Made by a program: the position numbers and the translations under genes. Below, piece by piece: positions 15,262-16,378 of a stretch of 16,378 bases of DNA. Origin of the DNA: Promethearchaeota archaeon (GTDB lineage Archaea; Asgardarchaeota; Odinarchaeia; Odinarchaeales; JBHLKK01); the NCBI GenBank assembly GCA_048939465.1, contig JBHLPL010000037.1, positions 1 through 16,378 of the forward strand. Direction: 5' to 3'. Under the pieces are notes generated by a model. That model did no database searches and was not told the DNA's origin. It saw only the letters and a program-made list of their open reading frames with translations. Every line of letters begins with the position of its first letter. Position 1 is the stretch's first letter.

Positions 15262-15738
15262 CTACAACGTTTCTCGAAGCGCTTTCAAGAGGATTCGGTA
15301 CATATGTACTTTTCTTCTGCTATCTATTGCAATCATTCCGTAGGTTTTCACTCCCAGCATTTTTTCCACGCGATCCGGTGACAATACGCCATCTATATCC
15401 TGTTTATTGGCGATTCCGAAGATCTTACCGCCCTTAAGTTTTTTCAGCCACTTGAGCATTCTCTTTGCACTCAACACGTTTTTTGGAGTGGAGTCTGTGA
15501 CCAATAGAGTGATTTTTGAACCTCTTATCAAATCTTCAATCATAAAACCAAATCTATCCTGTCCAGCAAAATCAAATATCGAAATTGTGGCATCAATCTC
15601 TCTTAAAGAAGCAGTTGCGAAGTTTATTCCGATAGTGGGATCATACTTTTTTGTGACTCTTTTTCCACTTATCAGTTTTGCGATGGTAGTCTTTCCAACA
15701 CCGCCAGGACCCACTACTGACACTTTTAAAATGTTCAT
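15262..15738 (-). CDS. Small Ras-superfamily GTPase (Arf/Rab-like, Asgard-type)
   Basis: G1 GPGGVGKT, G2 PTIG, G3 DFAGQ, G4 NKQD, G5 xIAI. No lipidation motif. Confidence 0.9.
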   Translation of the reverse strand: MNILKVSVVGPGGVGKTTIAKLISGKRVTKKYDPTIGINFATASLREIDATISIFDFAGQDRFGFMIEDLIRGSKITLLVTDSTPKNVLSAKRMLKWLKKLKGGKIFGIANKQDIDGVLSPDRVEKMLGVKTYGMIAIDSRRKVHMYRILLKALRETL

Positions 15739-15907
15739 ATGTCATCCTTCCTCTAATTCTAACCCGCGCGTCATTTCTTTTAAGAATTCGTACTATTTGG
15801 AGAATATGCTGATATTACCGAATTATTACTGAAGAGTAGGCGGGAGCAACTTCCAAATCTTTTTAAATAGAATTGCTCTTTCTCGTATCCTACAGGAAGG
15901 AGGAAAT

Positions 15908-16249
15908 GTGGATTTCTGTCCAGAATGTGGCGGGTTACTACTTCCGAAGAAGGAGGGTGGAGAAGTAGTACTCAAATGTCGGAAGTGCAATTACGTTCGC
16001 AGCTTAGGTTCTGCTAGTGGAGAATCTAACGAAGAGTATACTCTACCGCAACACATACCTCACTCGCCAAAAGACAAGACTGTAATTATAAAAGAAGAGA
16101 TAAAAACGATGCCCACCACAAAAGCAGAGTGTCCTAAATGTGGTTGTAAGAAAGCCTATTACTGGCACGTTCAGACGAGGAGTGCTGATGAGGCAACGAC
16201 TTCTTTTTTTAGATGTACAAAATGCGGTCACACATGGAGAGAGTACTAG
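15908..16249 (+). CDS. tfs: Transcription factor S (RpoM/TFIIS-like)
   Basis: Two Zn ribbons and QTRSADE with the acidic DE pair intact. GTG start with GGAGG; TATA-like TTTTTAAATA about 40 nt upstream. Confidence 0.95.
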   Translation: MDFCPECGGLLLPKKEGGEVVLKCRKCNYVRSLGSASGESNEEYTLPQHIPHSPKDKTVIIKEEIKTMPTTKAECPKCGCKKAYYWHVQTRSADEATTSFFRCTKCGHTWREY

Positions 16250-16264
16250 CGAGTTGTCTTCTCA

Positions 16265-16377
16265 AAATCTCTCTAGTGAGAGACTGCATCCTCCCGCAGG
16301 CTTTTACCTTCAGAATGATTTGACCTTTATCTTCCTCTCCGCAAGAAGACTCCATCCGAAAGGATGGAGTAGTTCAC
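16265..16377 (+). mobile_element. IS200/IS605 right end / omegaRNA-like remnant (module D), no tnpB ORF
   Basis: GAAG-ACTCCATCC-GAAA-GGATGGAGT-AGTTCAC (perfect 9-bp stem 16349-16370). Upstream hairpins TCTCTC/GAGAGA and CTGC/GCAG. Confidence 0.72.
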
Positions 16378-16378
16378 A

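Noticed and set aside
11019-15832. Plus-strand ORFs such as 11019-11561, 12222-12677, 14122-14511, 14902-15381 and 15407-15832
   Set aside because: All lie antisense to well-supported conserved genes and have no independent coding signal.
1-16378. CRISPR array, tRNA or rRNA genes, intact transposase or integrase
   Set aside because: No regularly spaced direct repeats, no cloverleaf with a T-loop motif, and no HUH/DDE/tyrosine recombinase ORF were found.

Overview
Archaeal core-genome window, most likely Asgard or a close TACK relative. The basis is an Arf/Rab-like small GTPase, a DC2/OSTC-like oligosaccharyltransferase subunit, STT3-type AglB and CarS. It holds the 3' end of deoxyhypusine synthase, a coiled-coil protein, a HemK-like methyltransferase, radA, OSTC-like, carS, radB and a very long aglB. 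These are followed by the conserved minus-strand replication/translation cluster (GTPase, RPA14-like, PCNA, PriL, PriS, GINS, L44e, S27e, aIF2alpha, Nop10) and a divergent tfs. The features the ORF track does not explain are four related IS200/IS605 right-end (TnpB omegaRNA-like) hairpin modules at gene 3' ends. One lies at 2316-2347, preceded by a decayed tnpB tail and overlapping the radA stop. Two are in tandem in a ~400-bp gap between aIF2alpha and nop10, each with a candidate terminal pseudoknot. One follows tfs at 16345-16377. No intact tnpA or tnpB lies in the window. AglB carries a ~520-aa C-terminal tail of five ~100-aa beta-rich repeats with about 40 N-glycosylation sequons. All assignments come from motif recognition and manual base pairing; no searches were run.
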